NCBI GenBank assembly: GCA_965261645.1
Contig: CBDHDJ010000004.1
Coordinates: 1,903,661 to 1,967,660 of the forward strand
DNA: 64,000 nucleotides
Reading direction: 5' to 3'
DNA from: Alphaproteobacteria bacterium
GTDB taxonomy: Bacteria > Pseudomonadota > Alphaproteobacteria > SHVV01
This document shows positions 49,524 to 61,747 of the stretch, piece by piece. Every line of letters starts with the position of its first letter. Position 1 is the stretch's first letter. A model generated the notes under the pieces. It was given only the letters and a program-made list of their open reading frames with translations, was not told the DNA's origin and did no database searches. The position numbers and the translations under genes were made by a program.

Positions 49524-50828
49524 TTGGGCCGCATCATGAAAGTCCTCATCGTCGGATCGGGCGGGCGCGAGCACGCACTGTGCTGGGCGCTCAGCGCTTC
49601 ACCGTTGGTCGAACGGCTGTATTGCGCGCCCGGCAACGGCGGCATCGCCGAGGAGGCCGAATGCGTTGACATCGGGCCCAGCGACTCGGCCAAGCTTGTC
49701 GATTTCTGCCGCGCCGAGGCCATCGAGTTCGTCGTCGTCGGCCCCGAGGCGCCGCTCGTCGCGGGCCTGGTCGACGAGCTCGAGGGGGCTGGAATCAAGG
49801 CCTTCGGTCCCTCCGCCGCCGCCGCCCAGCTCGAGGCCTCGAAGGGCTTCACCAAGGATTTGTGCGCGGCCCACGCCATCCCCACCGGCGCCTATGGCCG
49901 CTTCCGCGAGGCCCGGCCGGCCAAGGCGTTCATCGCCGAGATGGGCGCGCCGGTCGTGGTCAAGGCCGATGGGCTTGCCGCCGGCAAGGGGGTGACGGTG
50001 GCCGCGACCATTGAGGAGGCCGAACGCGCGGTCGACGAGGCGCTCGGCGGCCGCTTCGGCCGGGCCGGCGAGGATCTCCTCGTCGAAGAGTTTCTCGCCG
50101 GCGAGGAGGCGAGCTTCTTCGCGCTGGTCGACGGTAAGACCGCGCTCCCGCTCGCCTCGGCCCAGGACCACAAGACGATCGGCGAGGGCGACACCGGCCC
50201 CAACACGGGCGGCATGGGCGCCTATTCACCGGCGCCGGTGATGACCGAGGCGCTCGAACAGGAGGTCATGGCGCGCATCATCACGCCCACGGTCGAGGCG
50301 ATGGCGGCCCAAGGCACGCCCTACAAGGGCGTGCTCTATGCCGGGCTCATGATCACCGCGGACGGGCCCCAGCTCCTCGAATACAACGTGCGCTTCGGCG
50401 ATCCCGAATGCCAGGTGCTGATGCCGAGGCTGCAATCCGACCTGCTGCCGGCATTGATCGCCGCCCGTGACGGTGTGCTCGACCATTTCGATCTGCGCTG
50501 GCACCCTGAAACCACGCTCTGCGTGGTGATGGCCGCCAAAGGCTATCCCGGCGCCTACGAATCGGGCGGCCTGATCGGCAACCTCGCCGCCGCCGGGGCG
50601 GACGACGATGTCACCATCTTCCATGCCGGCACCAAGCGCGAGGGCGATCACGTCATCGCCGCGGGCGGCCGCGTGCTGGGCGTGACGGCATTGGGCGCCG
50701 ATATCGCCGCGGCCCAGGCCCGTGCCTACCGCGCCGTCGACGCCATCAAGTGGAGTGACGGCTTCTGCCGCCGCGACATCGGCTGGCGCGCGCTCGAGCG
50801 CAGCCGCGAGACCGGAAGCGCCCCATGA
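49524..50828 (+). CDS. purD: phosphoribosylamine--glycine ligase
   Basis: 434 aa. [15 protein letters not shown] start and ATP-grasp motifs. Confidence 0.9.
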   Translation: MGRIMKVLIVGSGGREHALCWALSASPLVERLYCAPGNGGIAEEAECVDIGPSDSAKLVDFCRAEAIEFVVVGPEAPLVAGLVDELEGAGIKAFGPSAAAAQLEASKGFTKDLCAAHAIPTGAYGRFREARPAKAFIAEMGAPVVVKADGLAAGKGVTVAATIEEAERAVDEALGGRFGRAGEDLLVEEFLAGEEASFFALVDGKTALPLASAQDHKTIGEGDTGPNTGGMGAYSPAPVMTEALEQEVMARIITPTVEAMAAQGTPYKGVLYAGLMITADGPQLLEYNVRFGDPECQVLMPRLQSDLLPALIAARDGVLDHFDLRWHPETTLCVVMAAKGYPGAYESGGLIGNLAAAGADDDVTIFHAGTKREGDHVIAAGGRVLGVTALGADIAAAQARAYRAVDAIKWSDGFCRRDIGWRALERSRETGSAP

Positions 50829-51889
50829 GCGGCCGCCAGGACCAGTACGCCGGCACCATGGCCGTGCGCGAAGCGCACCGGATCGACGAGGCGGCGCTCG
50901 AAGCCTATCTCGCCGGTTGCATCCCCGATTTTCAGGGCCCGATCACCGTCGCGCAGTTCCGCGGCGGTCAGTCGAACCCGACCTATCTGGTGAGCGCGGC
51001 AACAAGCCGCTACGTGGTGCGGCGCAAGCCACCGGGCAAGCTCCTGCCCTCGGCCCATGCGGTCGAGCGCGAATACCGCATCATCACGGCGCTCGGGCCG
51101 ACCGATGTGCCGGTCCCGCGGACCTACGCGCTCTGCGAGGACGCGGACGTCATCGGCACGGCGTTCTACGTGATGGACTATGTCGAAGGACGAATCTTCT
51201 GGGATATGCCGCTCCCCGGCCTCGCGCCGGACGAGCGCGCGGCGATCTACGATGCCCTCAACTCCGGGTTGGCGCGCCTCCATCTCGTCGACCACCGCGC
51301 CATCGGGCTCGAGGACTTCGGCCGGGCAGGCGGCTATGTCGAGCGCCAGATCGCGCGCTGGACCAAACAATACCGCGCCTCGGAGACCGAGACGATCGAG
51401 GCCATGGAAGAGCTCATCGCCTGGCTGCCCGCCAACCTGCCCGGCGATGACGTCACCACGCTGGTGCACGGCGATTATCGCCTCGACAACACGGTGTTCG
51501 CGGCCGATGCGCCCGAGCTGCTCGGCATCCTCGATTGGGAGATCTCGACCCTCGGCCACCCGGTCGCCGATTTCGCCTATCACTGCATGCCGTGGCGCTT
51601 GCCGCCGGAGACCGGCCGCGGCATGGCCGGGCTCGACTCTGGCGCCCTCGGCATCCCCACCGAAGAGGCCTACCGCGACGCCTATTGCCGGCGCACCGGG
51701 CGGACGGAGCTGCCCCATTGGGAGTACTATATGGCCTACAACATGTTCCGCATGTCGGCTATTTTGCAGGGCATCATGGGCCGCGCGCGGGACGGCACGG
51801 CGGCCAGCGAGCACGCCTTCGAGACCGGCCGCATGGCGCGCCCGATCGCCGAAGTGGCCTGGGCCCAGGTCGAGGCGATGGGGGGTTAG
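50825..51889 (+). CDS. phosphotransferase (APH-like kinase) family protein
   Basis: 354 aa, aminoglycoside-phosphotransferase-like fold ([11 protein letters not shown] motifs). Adjacent to an acyl-CoA dehydrogenase gene. Confidence 0.7.
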   Translation: MSGRQDQYAGTMAVREAHRIDEAALEAYLAGCIPDFQGPITVAQFRGGQSNPTYLVSAATSRYVVRRKPPGKLLPSAHAVEREYRIITALGPTDVPVPRTYALCEDADVIGTAFYVMDYVEGRIFWDMPLPGLAPDERAAIYDALNSGLARLHLVDHRAIGLEDFGRAGGYVERQIARWTKQYRASETETIEAMEELIAWLPANLPGDDVTTLVHGDYRLDNTVFAADAPELLGILDWEISTLGHPVADFAYHCMPWRLPPETGRGMAGLDSGALGIPTEEAYRDAYCRRTGRTELPHWEYYMAYNMFRMSAILQGIMGRARDGTAASEHAFETGRMARPIAEVAWAQVEAMGG

Positions 51890-51903
51890 GCGGGCTTACG
51901 CGC

Positions 51904-53106
51904 TCAGTTGTATTTCCTGAGCTCGATCTTGGCGACGGCCTCGCGGTGCACCTCGTCGGGGCCGTCGACGATGCGCAGGATGCGCCCGCGGGCGTAGGAA
52001 TAGGCGAGCTCGAAGTCGCCCGAGACGCCGGCCGCGCCGTGCACCTGGATCGCGCGGTCGACCACCTGTTGCAGCATGTTGGGCACCACCACCTTGATCA
52101 TGGCGATCTCGGCGCGCGCCTCCTTGTTGCCGACGGTGTCCATGCGCCAAGCGGCATTCAGCGTGAGGGTGCGCGACTGATCGATCTCCATGCGGCAATC
52201 GGCGATGTGCTGGCGCACCACGCCCTGCTCGGCCAGCGGCTTGCCGAAGGCGGTGCGCGAGCGCGCCCGTTTGCACATCATTTCGAGCGCGCGCTCGGCC
52301 TGTCCGACGGCGCGCATGCAATGGTGGATGCGCCCGGGACCGAGCCTGCCTTGCGCGATCTCGAAGCCGCGCCCCTCGCCCAGGATCATGTTATCCGCCG
52401 GCACGCGCACATCCTCGAAGTTCACCTCGCAATGGCCGTGCGGCGCATCGTCATAGCCGAAGATGGTGAGCGGGCGGATCACCGTGACGCCGGGCGTGTC
52501 AATCGGCACCAGCACCATCGAATGCTGCTTGTGGCGCGCAGCATCGGGGTCGCTCTTGCCCATGAAGATGAAAATCTTGCAGCGCGGATCGGCGGCGCCC
52601 GAGGCCCACCATTTCAGGCCGTTGACCACATAGTGATCGCCGTCGCGCTCGATGCGCGCCTCGAGGTTGGTGGCATCGGATGAGGCCACGCCGGGCTCGG
52701 TCATCGCAAAGGTGGAGCGGATCTCGCCGGCGAGCAGGGGCTCGAGCCAGGCTTTCTTCTGCGCTTCGGTGGCGTAGCGCTCAAGGAGCTCCATGTTGCC
52801 GGTGTCGGGCGCCGAGCAGTTGAACGCCTCGGGTGCGATCGGCGAGCGTCCCATCACCTCGCAGAGCGGCGCGTATTCGAGGTTGGTGAGCCCGGGGCCG
52901 CGGTCCGAATCGGGCAGGAACAGATTCCACAGCCCGGCCTCGCGGGCGCGCGCCTTGAGCTCCTCCATGATCTTCGTCGGCTGCCAGCGGTCACCCGCAT
53001 CGACCTCCGCGACATAGGCCCGCTCATTGGGGTAGATGTGCTCGGCCATGAAGGCCTCGAGGCGCGCCTTGAGCTCGACGACCCGATCAGACAATGCAAA
53101 ATCCAT
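51904..53106 (-). CDS. acyl-CoA dehydrogenase
   Basis: Start [20 protein letters not shown]. ~400 aa, ACAD N/M/C domain pattern. Confidence 0.85.
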   Translation of the reverse strand: MDFALSDRVVELKARLEAFMAEHIYPNERAYVAEVDAGDRWQPTKIMEELKARAREAGLWNLFLPDSDRGPGLTNLEYAPLCEVMGRSPIAPEAFNCSAPDTGNMELLERYATEAQKKAWLEPLLAGEIRSTFAMTEPGVASSDATNLEARIERDGDHYVVNGLKWWASGAADPRCKIFIFMGKSDPDAARHKQHSMVLVPIDTPGVTVIRPLTIFGYDDAPHGHCEVNFEDVRVPADNMILGEGRGFEIAQGRLGPGRIHHCMRAVGQAERALEMMCKRARSRTAFGKPLAEQGVVRQHIADCRMEIDQSRTLTLNAAWRMDTVGNKEARAEIAMIKVVVPNMLQQVVDRAIQVHGAAGVSGDFELAYSYARGRILRIVDGPDEVHREAVAKIELRKYN

Positions 53107-53138
53107 GACCCAACCTCCGTTTTGAACGCGCGCAGAGT

Positions 53139-53603
53139 TTATCGCCTCGCCGCGAAGAAGTCGCGCAGCAGCACGGCGCACCGGCTTTCGTCGATGCCGC
53201 CATAAACCTCCGGCTTGTGATGGCAGCTCGGCTGGGAAAAAATCCTGGGCCCGTGCTCGACCCCGCCGCCCTTGGGATCGGGGGCGCCGAAGTAGAGCCG
53301 GCCGAGGCGCGCCAGCGAAATCGCCTGGGCGCACATCGGGCAGGGCTCGAGGGTGACGTAAAGATCAAGGCCGTCGAGCCGCTCGCGGCCGAGTTCGGCG
53401 GAGACCGCGCGAATCGCCTCCATCTCGGCATGCGCGGTGGCATCGTGAAGCTCGCGCATGCGGTTGCCCGCCGCGGCGAGCACCGTGCCGCGCTTTGGCT
53501 CGACGATCACCGCGCCCACCGGCACCTCGCTCCGGCCGGCCGCGCGGTGCGCTTCGGCCAGGGCCCGCGCCATCGGGCCCGCTTGATCTGTCGTCTCCGT
53601 CAC
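53139..53603 (-). CDS. tadA: tRNA-specific adenosine deaminase
   Basis: HAEMEAIR and PCPMCAQAI zinc-binding motifs of CDA-fold deaminases. 154 aa. Confidence 0.8.
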   Translation of the reverse strand: MTETTDQAGPMARALAEAHRAAGRSEVPVGAVIVEPKRGTVLAAAGNRMRELHDATAHAEMEAIRAVSAELGRERLDGLDLYVTLEPCPMCAQAISLARLGRLYFGAPDPKGGGVEHGPRIFSQPSCHHKPEVYGGIDESRCAVLLRDFFAARR

Positions 53604-53689
53604 GGCGCGACCATGCGGGGGTGCAGGCTCAGCGTCAAGCGCGGCGCCGCCGATTGCCTGGTCCGGCGCTCGGCCCTACACTCCGCGCC

Positions 53690-54406
53690 ATGGCCTCACC
53701 GCCCGTCATCGGCATCACGCTCGACTGGGAGCCCGCCGGGAGCTACGCCGAGCGGCCGTGGTATGCGCTCCGGCAAAACTACTGCGATGCGGTCAAACGC
53801 GCCGGCGGCCTGCCCGTTCTGTTGCCCCATGATTCGCAGGATGCCGCGCACTATGGCACGCTGATCGACGGTCTGGTGATCTCGGGCGGCGATTTCGACG
53901 TCGATCCGGCGCTGTTCGGCGATCCCACGCGGCACGACACCGTCACCACCAAGGATCAGCGCACCGCCTTCGAGGTCGCGATGACCCGCGCCGCACTCGA
54001 CCACGACAAACCGGTGCTCGGCATCTGCGGCGGCCAGCAGCTCCTCAACGTGGTGCTCGGCGGCACCCTTATTCAGCATATCCCGGACACGGTGGTCGAC
54101 GCCTTGGCGCACGAGCAGCCGGGCCCGCGCGATGTGCCCGGGCATGCGGTTCAGGTGATGGAAGGAACGCTCCTGCACCGCATCGTCGGGACCGATGCGA
54201 TCGAGGTCAACTCCGCCCACCATCAGGCCGCCCGGGACGTGGGCGAGGGCGTCATCGTCAATGCACTGGCGCCGGACGGCGTCGTCGAAGGCATCGAGGA
54301 CCCCCGCCAGCGCTTCTGCCTCGGCGTCCAGTGGCATCCCGAATACGAGCTCAGCGCGGGCGGTGCACTCATTTTCCACGCCTTCATCGCCGCGTGCCGA
54401 AGTTGA
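53690..54406 (+). CDS. class I glutamine amidotransferase-like hydrolase (PuuD / peptidase C26 family)
   Basis: GICGGQQLL catalytic Cys motif and WHPE near the C-terminus. Confidence 0.7.
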   Translation: MASPPVIGITLDWEPAGSYAERPWYALRQNYCDAVKRAGGLPVLLPHDSQDAAHYGTLIDGLVISGGDFDVDPALFGDPTRHDTVTTKDQRTAFEVAMTRAALDHDKPVLGICGGQQLLNVVLGGTLIQHIPDTVVDALAHEQPGPRDVPGHAVQVMEGTLLHRIVGTDAIEVNSAHHQAARDVGEGVIVNALAPDGVVEGIEDPRQRFCLGVQWHPEYELSAGGALIFHAFIAACRS

Positions 54407-54409
54407 GCC

Positions 54410-55144
54410 ATGCCTGCCCCGCGCGAGCGCATTGCCAAGCGCATCGCACGTGCCGGGCTGTGCTCGCGGCGGACCGCCGAGCGCTGGATCGCCGATGGCC
54501 GTGTCGCCGTCGACGGACGCATCCTGACCACGCCCGCCGTCAACGTCACCGCGGGCACGGCGATCACGATCGATGGCGCGCCGCTGCCGCTGGCCGAGCC
54601 GTCGCGGCTGTGGCGCTATCACAAGCCGGCCGGGCTGATGACGACCCATCGCGACCCGGAGGGCCGCAAGACCGTGTTCGACGCGCTGCCGGCGGACCTG
54701 CCGCGCGTCGTGTCGGTGGGCCGGCTCGACCTCAACTCCGAGGGGCTCCTGTTGCTCACCAACGATGGCGCCCTGGCGCGCCGGCTCGAGCTGCCGGCCA
54801 CCGGCTGGCTCAGGGTCTATCGCGTGCGCGTCCACGGCGTGCCTGATCCGGCAGCGCTGAAGGCCCTGGCCGGAGGACTGACGATCGAGGGACTCCGCTA
54901 CGGCCCGGTCAAGGCCACGCTGGAACGCCAACCGGGCGCCAACGCCTGGCTGCGAGTGAGCCTCGCCGAAGGCCGCAACCGCGAAGTCCGCCGCCTGATG
55001 GGCCATCTCGGGTTGCCCGTGAGCCGCCTCATGCGCATCGCCTATGGCCCCTTTCAGCTCGGCAAGTTAAAGCGCGGCGAGGTCCGTGAGGTGCCGCCCA
55101 GGACACTCGGCGAGCAGCTCGGCGGGCTCGCCGCGCCGCGCTGA
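54410..55144 (+). CDS. pseudouridine synthase (RsuA/RluB family, S4 domain)
   Basis: N-terminal S4 RNA-binding region and catalytic VGRLDLNSEGLLLLTNDG motif. Confidence 0.75.
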   Translation: MPAPRERIAKRIARAGLCSRRTAERWIADGRVAVDGRILTTPAVNVTAGTAITIDGAPLPLAEPSRLWRYHKPAGLMTTHRDPEGRKTVFDALPADLPRVVSVGRLDLNSEGLLLLTNDGALARRLELPATGWLRVYRVRVHGVPDPAALKALAGGLTIEGLRYGPVKATLERQPGANAWLRVSLAEGRNREVRRLMGHLGLPVSRLMRIAYGPFQLGKLKRGEVREVPPRTLGEQLGGLAAPR

Positions 55145-55150
55145 TCGATC

Positions 55151-55714
55151 ATGCGCATCATCGCCGGCAAGCACCGTGGCCGCCGCCTCGCCGCGCCGCC
55201 GGGCCGCGCCCTGCGCCCGACCGCAGACCGCGCACGCGAGGCACTGTTCAACGTGCTCGCGCACGGCCTGGGCGAGTCCCGTCTCGACTGGCAGGACCTC
55301 GAGGTCGCCGACGTGTTTGCCGGTACCGGCGCCTTCGGGCTCGAGGCCCTGTCGCGCGGCGCCGGGCACGCCACGTTCATCGATTCGGGCGCAGCCGCCC
55401 TCGATGTGGTGCACCGCAACGCCCGCACCCTCGGCGAGGACGAGCACACCACGCTGGTCCAGTGCGACGCATGCCACCCCATCCGGCCGCCGCGGGGCGC
55501 GTGCGGCCTGGTTTTTCTCGACCCGCCGTACGGCGGCGGCCTGGCCGCGCCCGCGCTCGCCGCCTTGGCGACCAGCGGCTGGCTTGGGCCCGGCGCCATC
55601 GCCGTCATCGAGCTCGGCGCGAAAGAGGATTTCACGCCGCCCGCGGGGTTTACGGCACTCGATGCCCGCCGCCACGGCGCGGCACGGCTTGCGTTCCTGC
55701 GGTGGGAGGACTAG
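55151..55714 (+). CDS. rsmD: 16S rRNA (guanine966-N2)-methyltransferase
   Basis: 187 aa. [31 protein letters not shown] and LDPPY motifs. Confidence 0.75.
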   Translation: MRIIAGKHRGRRLAAPPGRALRPTADRAREALFNVLAHGLGESRLDWQDLEVADVFAGTGAFGLEALSRGAGHATFIDSGAAALDVVHRNARTLGEDEHTTLVQCDACHPIRPPRGACGLVFLDPPYGGGLAAPALAALATSGWLGPGAIAVIELGAKEDFTPPAGFTALDARRHGAARLAFLRWED

Positions 55715-57513
55715 CGGCGGCCGAACAGCCTTTCGATGTCGACGCGCTTGAGCTCGATGTAGGTCGGGCGGCCGTGGCTGCACTGACCGGCGTTGGGCGT
55801 CCGCTCCATCTCGCGCAGGAGCGCGTTCATCTCCTCGGCATTCATTGCGCGCCCGGCGCGGACGCTGCCATGGCACGCCATCGTGCTGCACACCTCCATG
55901 AGCCGCTCGCGCAGGCTCAGCGTCGCATCGAGCTCCTCGAGCTCGTCTGCGATGTCGTGCACCAGCCCCTTGACGTCGACCTCGCCGAGCAACGCCGGCA
56001 CCTCGCGGACGACGACGGCGCCGGGGCCGAACGCCTCGAAGCCGAGGCCGAGCTCGGCGAGCTCCTCAGCCCGCGCCAACAGGCGCTCGGCGGCGCTCTC
56101 GTCAAGCTCAACGACCTCGGGCAACAGCAAACCCTGCCGCGCGACCCCATCGGCCGCCAGCGCGCGCTTGATGCGCTCATAGACGAGGCGCTCGTGGGCG
56201 GCATGTTGATCGACGATGACGAGGCCTTCTGTGGTCTGCGCCACGATATAGGTGTCATGGAGTTGGCCGCGTGCGACGCCGAGGGGGTAGGACTCCCCCT
56301 CGCCCATCGCCGCCTCAGGCACCTCGCCCGCGGCCGGCCAGCGCGCCGCCTCGTCTCTCTGCAAGGGCGCCTGGAAGGCGAGCGCGGCCTCGTGCAAGCC
56401 GCCCGCGACGGAGGGTGCGGGGTGGTCAAAATCCCGCGCCCGTGGCGTGTGCGCGCCACCGCCCGGGCGCATCGCGCCGAGCGCTTGGGTGGCAATGCTC
56501 GTGCTCGCGCGCAAGCCGGCGTCGGCAAAGGCGTGCTTGAGTGCGCCGATGATGAGCCCCTGCACGAGGCGGTTGTCCTGGAACCGCACCTCGGCCTTGG
56601 TGGGATGCACGTTCACATCGACGCTCGCTGAGGGCACGTCGAGGAACAAGGCGATGGCGGGATGGCGGCCGCGCGCCATCAGGTCCTGATAAGCCGCGCG
56701 CACGGCGCCCGCCAAAAGCCGGTCACGCACCGGCCGGCCGTTGACGAAGAGATGCTGCATCGCGGCGCTACCCCGGCTGAACGTGGGCAGGCCCACCAAC
56801 CCGGTGAGACGAACCTCGTCGCGCACCGCCTCGATGTCGAGCGCATTGGCGACGAACTCGCGTCCCATGACCTGGCCAATGCGCGTGCGCCGCGCCGCGA
56901 ACAGATCGCCCGGGCTCGCCGCCAGCTTCAGCACGGTTCGGTCGTCGTCGAGGAGGCTGAAGGCGATGTCGGGCCGCGCCATGGCGAGCCGCTTCACCGT
57001 GGTCGCGGCATGGCCGAACTCGGTGCGCGGCGCCTTCTGAAACTTGAGCCGCGCCGGCGTCGGATAAAACAGATCACGCACCTCGATACGGGTGCCCGGC
57101 GCGTGGGCAACCGGCTCAGGAGGCGTCACGCGGCCCGCATCGACAGTGATCGACCAGGCGCTGTCGACTCCGGCGGGACGGCTGATCAGCGTGAGGCGGC
57201 TGACCGCGCCGATCGAGGGCAACGCTTCGCCGCGGAACCCGAGGCTTTGGATCGCCTGCAGATCGTCACCGGGCAGCTTCGATGTGGCGTGACGCTGGAC
57301 CGCGAGGGAAAGCTCGTCGGCGCTCATGCCGCGGCCATCGTCGGTGACGGCGATGAGGTCGCGCCCGCCGCCCGCGATCACGATATCGATACGGCGCGCC
57401 CCCGCATCGACGGCGTTTTCGACGAGTTCCTTCACGACGCTGGCGGGCCGTTCGACCACTTCGCCGGCCGCGATGCGGTCGATCAGGGTGGCGGGCAGAA
57501 CGCGGATCCTCAC
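55711..57513 (-). CDS. mutL: DNA mismatch repair protein MutL
   Basis: 600 aa. N-terminal GHKL ATPase ([25 protein letters not shown]) and C-terminal dimerisation domain. Confidence 0.9.
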   Translation of the reverse strand: MRIRVLPATLIDRIAAGEVVERPASVVKELVENAVDAGARRIDIVIAGGGRDLIAVTDDGRGMSADELSLAVQRHATSKLPGDDLQAIQSLGFRGEALPSIGAVSRLTLISRPAGVDSAWSITVDAGRVTPPEPVAHAPGTRIEVRDLFYPTPARLKFQKAPRTEFGHAATTVKRLAMARPDIAFSLLDDDRTVLKLAASPGDLFAARRTRIGQVMGREFVANALDIEAVRDEVRLTGLVGLPTFSRGSAAMQHLFVNGRPVRDRLLAGAVRAAYQDLMARGRHPAIALFLDVPSASVDVNVHPTKAEVRFQDNRLVQGLIIGALKHAFADAGLRASTSIATQALGAMRPGGGAHTPRARDFDHPAPSVAGGLHEAALAFQAPLQRDEAARWPAAGEVPEAAMGEGESYPLGVARGQLHDTYIVAQTTEGLVIVDQHAAHERLVYERIKRALAADGVARQGLLLPEVVELDESAAERLLARAEELAELGLGFEAFGPGAVVVREVPALLGEVDVKGLVHDIADELEELDATLSLRERLMEVCSTMACHGSVRAGRAMNAEEMNALLREMERTPNAGQCSHGRPTYIELKRVDIERLFGRR

Positions 57514-57517
57514 GGGG

Positions 57518-58804
57518 CTATCCCTCCATCTGCTCGAGATACCGGCGGGCCAACGCCTTGCCCTCCTCGACGGCCGGCTGATCGAACGGATCGACCCCGA
57601 GCAACCGCGCCGCGAGCACCGTCTCCAGCATGAAATGCATGAACAGTGCGCCTAGCGTTCTTTCATCCACGCGATCGATCTCGATCAGCCGTGTCGGGCG
57701 GCCGTGTGCGATGAGCGTCTCGGCCGTCGCCCGCTGGTTCGCGGCCACCACATCGCCCACCGTGCGCCCGGCGAGGTGGGCGAGACCGTTGGGGCCGGTC
57801 AGATCGGGCGCTATGCGGGCTCCCCGCCCGGCAACATCGCCGAGGATGAGGGTGAACATCTTGTCGGCCGGACCGTCGAGATAGAGCTGCAGCTGGCTGT
57901 GCTGATCGACCGGCCCCAACGCCTGCACGGGCGTCAGGCCCCGACCATCCTTGCCGAGGCTTTCGGCCCATAGCTGGCGGTGCCAGGCCGCCAGCGCGGC
58001 GAGACGATCGCCATAGGGGATGAGGACGCTGGTTGCGATTCGATGGTGGTGCAGGAAGGCCACGGCCAGGGCCGCGCCGCAGGCCGGCGCGATCTCCGCC
58101 GCGTCATTGGCGGCCAATACCCCAGCGAGCACGTCTGCCGCGCCCTCGCGCGCCGCGGCAGCATCGAGCCCGGCGATCAGCGCCGGCACGAGCCCCACCA
58201 GCGTCAGCACCGAGTATCGCCCGCCGACGCGGGGGTCATGGTCGTGGACGCTGAAACCGAAGCGCGCGGCGAGCCGGCGCAGCGGATTGTCGCCCGGCTC
58301 GGTGATCGCCACGACATGGCTGCCCCATGCGGCCTCGTCGAGCGCGGCGCGGGCCCAATCCAGGCACACCAGAAGCTGCGTCAGCACTTCGACGGTTCGG
58401 CCCGACTTGGAAATCACGAGACACGCGGTGCGCGCCGGCACGAGGCCGGCGAGGCGCGATTCCAGGGTGTGGGGATCCAGGTTGTCGAGAAAATGAAGGC
58501 GCGGCGCCGGTTCAGGGGCCAGGGCCGCGAGCGCTTCGCCGCCGAGGCTCGATCCGCCCGTGGCCAGCACCAGGACATCGTCGCAGGCTTCGCGAATCCC
58601 GCCGGCGAGATCGTCGAGGGCCGCAAGATCAGCTGTCGCGCGCGCTGCAGCGAAGGCCGGAAGCGCCCCCTCGTCGAGCTCTGCGTTCAAGCTCCGGAGC
58701 GAGGCTGCCGCCTCATCGAGCAGCGGCCGATAGTGCGCGGGCACGATGCCGCCATCGCCAATCGTCGCGGCCAAACAACCGTCGATCTTGTGCTGGTAGA
58801 GCAT
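57518..58804 (-). CDS. pgi: glucose-6-phosphate isomerase
   Basis: SIS-domain motifs ISKSGRTVE and [13 protein letters not shown] (PGI signature). 428 aa. Confidence 0.7.
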   Translation of the reverse strand: MLYQHKIDGCLAATIGDGGIVPAHYRPLLDEAAASLRSLNAELDEGALPAFAAARATADLAALDDLAGGIREACDDVLVLATGGSSLGGEALAALAPEPAPRLHFLDNLDPHTLESRLAGLVPARTACLVISKSGRTVEVLTQLLVCLDWARAALDEAAWGSHVVAITEPGDNPLRRLAARFGFSVHDHDPRVGGRYSVLTLVGLVPALIAGLDAAAAREGAADVLAGVLAANDAAEIAPACGAALAVAFLHHHRIATSVLIPYGDRLAALAAWHRQLWAESLGKDGRGLTPVQALGPVDQHSQLQLYLDGPADKMFTLILGDVAGRGARIAPDLTGPNGLAHLAGRTVGDVVAANQRATAETLIAHGRPTRLIEIDRVDERTLGALFMHFMLETVLAARLLGVDPFDQPAVEEGKALARRYLEQMEG

Positions 58805-58867
58805 GGATACGCCGCTTCAGTTTAGCACCGGACGAGCGCGCGATCCACCGGGGCGGCGCGAGCCGGT

Positions 58868-60250
58868 TCAGCCACCCTTGCCGCCCGTCTCGATGCCCTT
58901 GGGATCGCCGACGACGACGACGATCATTTGCCCGGGCTGCAACAGACGCCGGGCGATACGCCGGATGTCCGCCTCGCTGACCGCGTTGATGTGGTCCTGG
59001 CGCCGCTCGAGATAGTCGATGCCGAGCTCGTTGAGCTGCATGGCGACAAGCGTTCCGGCAAAGCCTGAGCTGCTGGTCAGGCGCAACGGGAACGAGCCGT
59101 TGAGGAAGGTCTTGGCATCGGCAAGCTCTTCAGCCGAAACGCCGTTTTCGCCGAGCCGGGCGATCTCGCTACGGATGATCGCAAGCGAATCGGCGACCCG
59201 CTCGTTGGCCGTCCCCACGCCGCCCATGAGCAACCCGGCATGGCGGAACGGGTTCAGGTAGCTGTACACCGAATAGGCGAGGCCCCTCTCCTCACGCACC
59301 TCCTGATAGAGCCGCGAGGTGAAGTCGCCGCCACCCAGGATGTAGGTCATGAGGTAGGCGGCGTAGTAATCCGGATCGTCCCGCTTGACGCCGCGGAGAC
59401 CGAACATCACGACGCTCTGCGGATTGGGCTTGCGCACGACGGTCACCGAGCCGGGCGTGGCGATCTCGGTGTCCGACACCTCGGCCGGTGCCGCACCGCG
59501 GGGAAGACCGCTAAATACGACATCGATCAAGCGGCCGAGCTCGGCGGGTGCGATATCCCCCACCGCCCCGATTACCACATTGTCGCGTGCGAAGCGCCGG
59601 CGCACGAAGCTCTGGAGGTCGCCCGCCGTGATGGCGGCGATCGTCACCGGTGTGCCTTGGCGCGAGCGGCCATAGGGGTGGTCGGGAAACGCCTTGGCGA
59701 ACCAGGTCCGCACGGCGATGTCGTCAGGGTCCTCAGCCCGGCGCGACAGATCGTTCAGGATTTGCCCGCGGATCCGCTCGATGGCCTCGGCATCGAATCT
59801 GGGCCGGCCCAACGCGAGGCCGAGCAGGCGGAAGGCCTCTTCGCGATGCTGGGTCAAGGTCTTGAGCGTGACGTGGAAAGTATCGCGGCCGCTGTCGAAA
59901 TCGAGGCTGACGGCCAATCGCTTGAGCCGTTCCTGAAAGGCGAGCGAATCATAGGATCCGGCGCCCTCGTCGAGGAGGCCTGAGACCATATAGGCCAGCC
60001 CCCCCTTGTCGGCGGGATCGAGCGCCGCGCCGCCGCGAAAGGCGATCTCGAGCGTCACGATCGGAATACTCGGCTCACGAACGAGCCAGGCCGACACGCC
60101 GCCCGGACTTTCAACGACGACGATCTTGGTGGCGGCGGCGGCAAGGCCACCGAGCGCCACAACCACGAAGCCAGCGAAAGCGAGCGCCGGGGCTCTCCGG
60201 CAAACACGACGCCACAGGACGCTCACCACGACGCGCATCGCTGCGTGCAT
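58868..60250 (-). CDS. M16 family (insulinase-like) peptidase subunit, secreted
   Basis: 460 aa with signal peptide. Pairs with the downstream M16 gene. Confidence 0.75.
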   Translation of the reverse strand: MHAAMRVVVSVLWRRVCRRAPALAFAGFVVVALGGLAAAATKIVVVESPGGVSAWLVREPSIPIVTLEIAFRGGAALDPADKGGLAYMVSGLLDEGAGSYDSLAFQERLKRLAVSLDFDSGRDTFHVTLKTLTQHREEAFRLLGLALGRPRFDAEAIERIRGQILNDLSRRAEDPDDIAVRTWFAKAFPDHPYGRSRQGTPVTIAAITAGDLQSFVRRRFARDNVVIGAVGDIAPAELGRLIDVVFSGLPRGAAPAEVSDTEIATPGSVTVVRKPNPQSVVMFGLRGVKRDDPDYYAAYLMTYILGGGDFTSRLYQEVREERGLAYSVYSYLNPFRHAGLLMGGVGTANERVADSLAIIRSEIARLGENGVSAEELADAKTFLNGSFPLRLTSSSGFAGTLVAMQLNELGIDYLERRQDHINAVSEADIRRIARRLLQPGQMIVVVVGDPKGIETGGKGG

Positions 60251-60255
60251 GACGT

Positions 60256-61707
60256 TCAGCTCGCCGGCTTGGGCCGCAAGAGGCCCGTCACCGAGCAGCC
60301 TGCATCGAAGACATGGCGCGCCGCCGCCTTGATGTCCGCCACGCTGACCGCCTCGATGCGGCCGGGCCAGGCCTCGACATCGGCGATCGTGAGGCCGACG
60401 GCCAGCGAACTCCCGAAGATACGCGCCGCGCTAGACAGGCGGTCGCGCGCATAAATCGCTGAGGCGGTGAGCGAACCCTTGGCGAGGTTCAGCTCATCCT
60501 CCGTCACGCCGTCTGCGATCACGCGCTGGATCACGGCGTCGACGGCCTCTTCGACGGTTTCGAGATCGTGGCCGGCAAGCGGCGCGGCGTAGAGATAGAA
60601 CCGGCTCGGGTCGAGGCTCACCGCCGAATAATAGGCACCGGCATCGGCGGCGATCTTGGCGTCGACAACGAGGGCACGATACATGCGGCTGGTCGGGCCA
60701 CCACCGAGAATATCGGCGAGCACCACGAGGGCGTAGGCACGCTCGGCGGCGCCCGCCACGTAGCTGGGCGCCAGATAGCTTCGCCGCCAACTCGGCTCGC
60801 GCACGCGGTCATCGCTGTATTCGAGGCGCCGCGCCGCAATCTGCGCCGGTTCCTGAGAACGCTGGCGGAGCGGCACGTCGCGGCGCGCGATCGCGCCGTA
60901 GACCCCCTCGGCAAGCGGGCGAACTTCGGCCATCGTCACATCCCCCACGACAACCAGGATCGCGTTGTTGGGCGCGTAATAGCGGTCGTAGAAACCGACC
61001 GCATCGTCGAGCGCAAGCCCGCTGATCTCATGTTCCCAACCGATGACCGGAATGCCATAGGGATGGGCCAAGAACTGCGCCGCGGCGAGTTGCTCACCGA
61101 ACAGCGCCCCTGGGCTGTTGCCGGTACTCTGGCGGCGTTCTTCCAGCACGACATCGCGCTCCGAGACAACCGCCTCGGCAGTCAGCACGAGATTGCGCAT
61201 GCGATCAGCCTCGAGCCGCATCACGAGCTCCAGATGCTCGCGCGCGATGGTCTGGAAATAGGCCGTGTAGTCGTGCGCCGTGAAGGCGTTCTCGCGCCCG
61301 CCATGACGCGCGACCAGCTTGGAGAACATGCCCTCGGGATACTCGCGGGTCCCCTTGAACATGAGGTGTTCGAGGAAATGGGCGATGCCGGATTTGCCTG
61401 GCGGCTCGTCGGCCGCGCCCACCTTGTACCACACCATATGCGTCACGACGGGGGCGCGGTGGTCTGCCACGACCACCACTTCGAGACCGTTGGGCAACGT
61501 ATCCGATACGGCATTGTACAGGCTCTCGGCCCGCGCCGCGGTCATGGCTATTACGGTGAAGGCCAGAGCTACGGCGGCGGGCAAGGTCAGCCGACCCAAC
61601 CTCGAGAGATGCCGTCCGATCCGCGTGTGGGTAGCTTTGTCCATTGCCTTCGCCGATTCACGCGGCCGCCTGCGCTGGCGAGCGTCGGCGCGCGAGGTCT
61701 GCCTCAA
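60256..61707 (-). CDS. M16 family zinc peptidase (HxxEH active site)
   Basis: GIAHFLEHLMFKGT inverted zinc-binding motif. Confidence 0.75.
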   Translation of the reverse strand: MRQTSRADARQRRRPRESAKAMDKATHTRIGRHLSRLGRLTLPAAVALAFTVIAMTAARAESLYNAVSDTLPNGLEVVVVADHRAPVVTHMVWYKVGAADEPPGKSGIAHFLEHLMFKGTREYPEGMFSKLVARHGGRENAFTAHDYTAYFQTIAREHLELVMRLEADRMRNLVLTAEAVVSERDVVLEERRQSTGNSPGALFGEQLAAAQFLAHPYGIPVIGWEHEISGLALDDAVGFYDRYYAPNNAILVVVGDVTMAEVRPLAEGVYGAIARRDVPLRQRSQEPAQIAARRLEYSDDRVREPSWRRSYLAPSYVAGAAERAYALVVLADILGGGPTSRMYRALVVDAKIAADAGAYYSAVSLDPSRFYLYAAPLAGHDLETVEEAVDAVIQRVIADGVTEDELNLAKGSLTASAIYARDRLSSAARIFGSSLAVGLTIADVEAWPGRIEAVSVADIKAAARHVFDAGCSVTGLLRPKPAS

Positions 61708-61747
61708 TCCACGGCCGGCGCCGTGCCGCTGGGTATTCCGCGCTAGT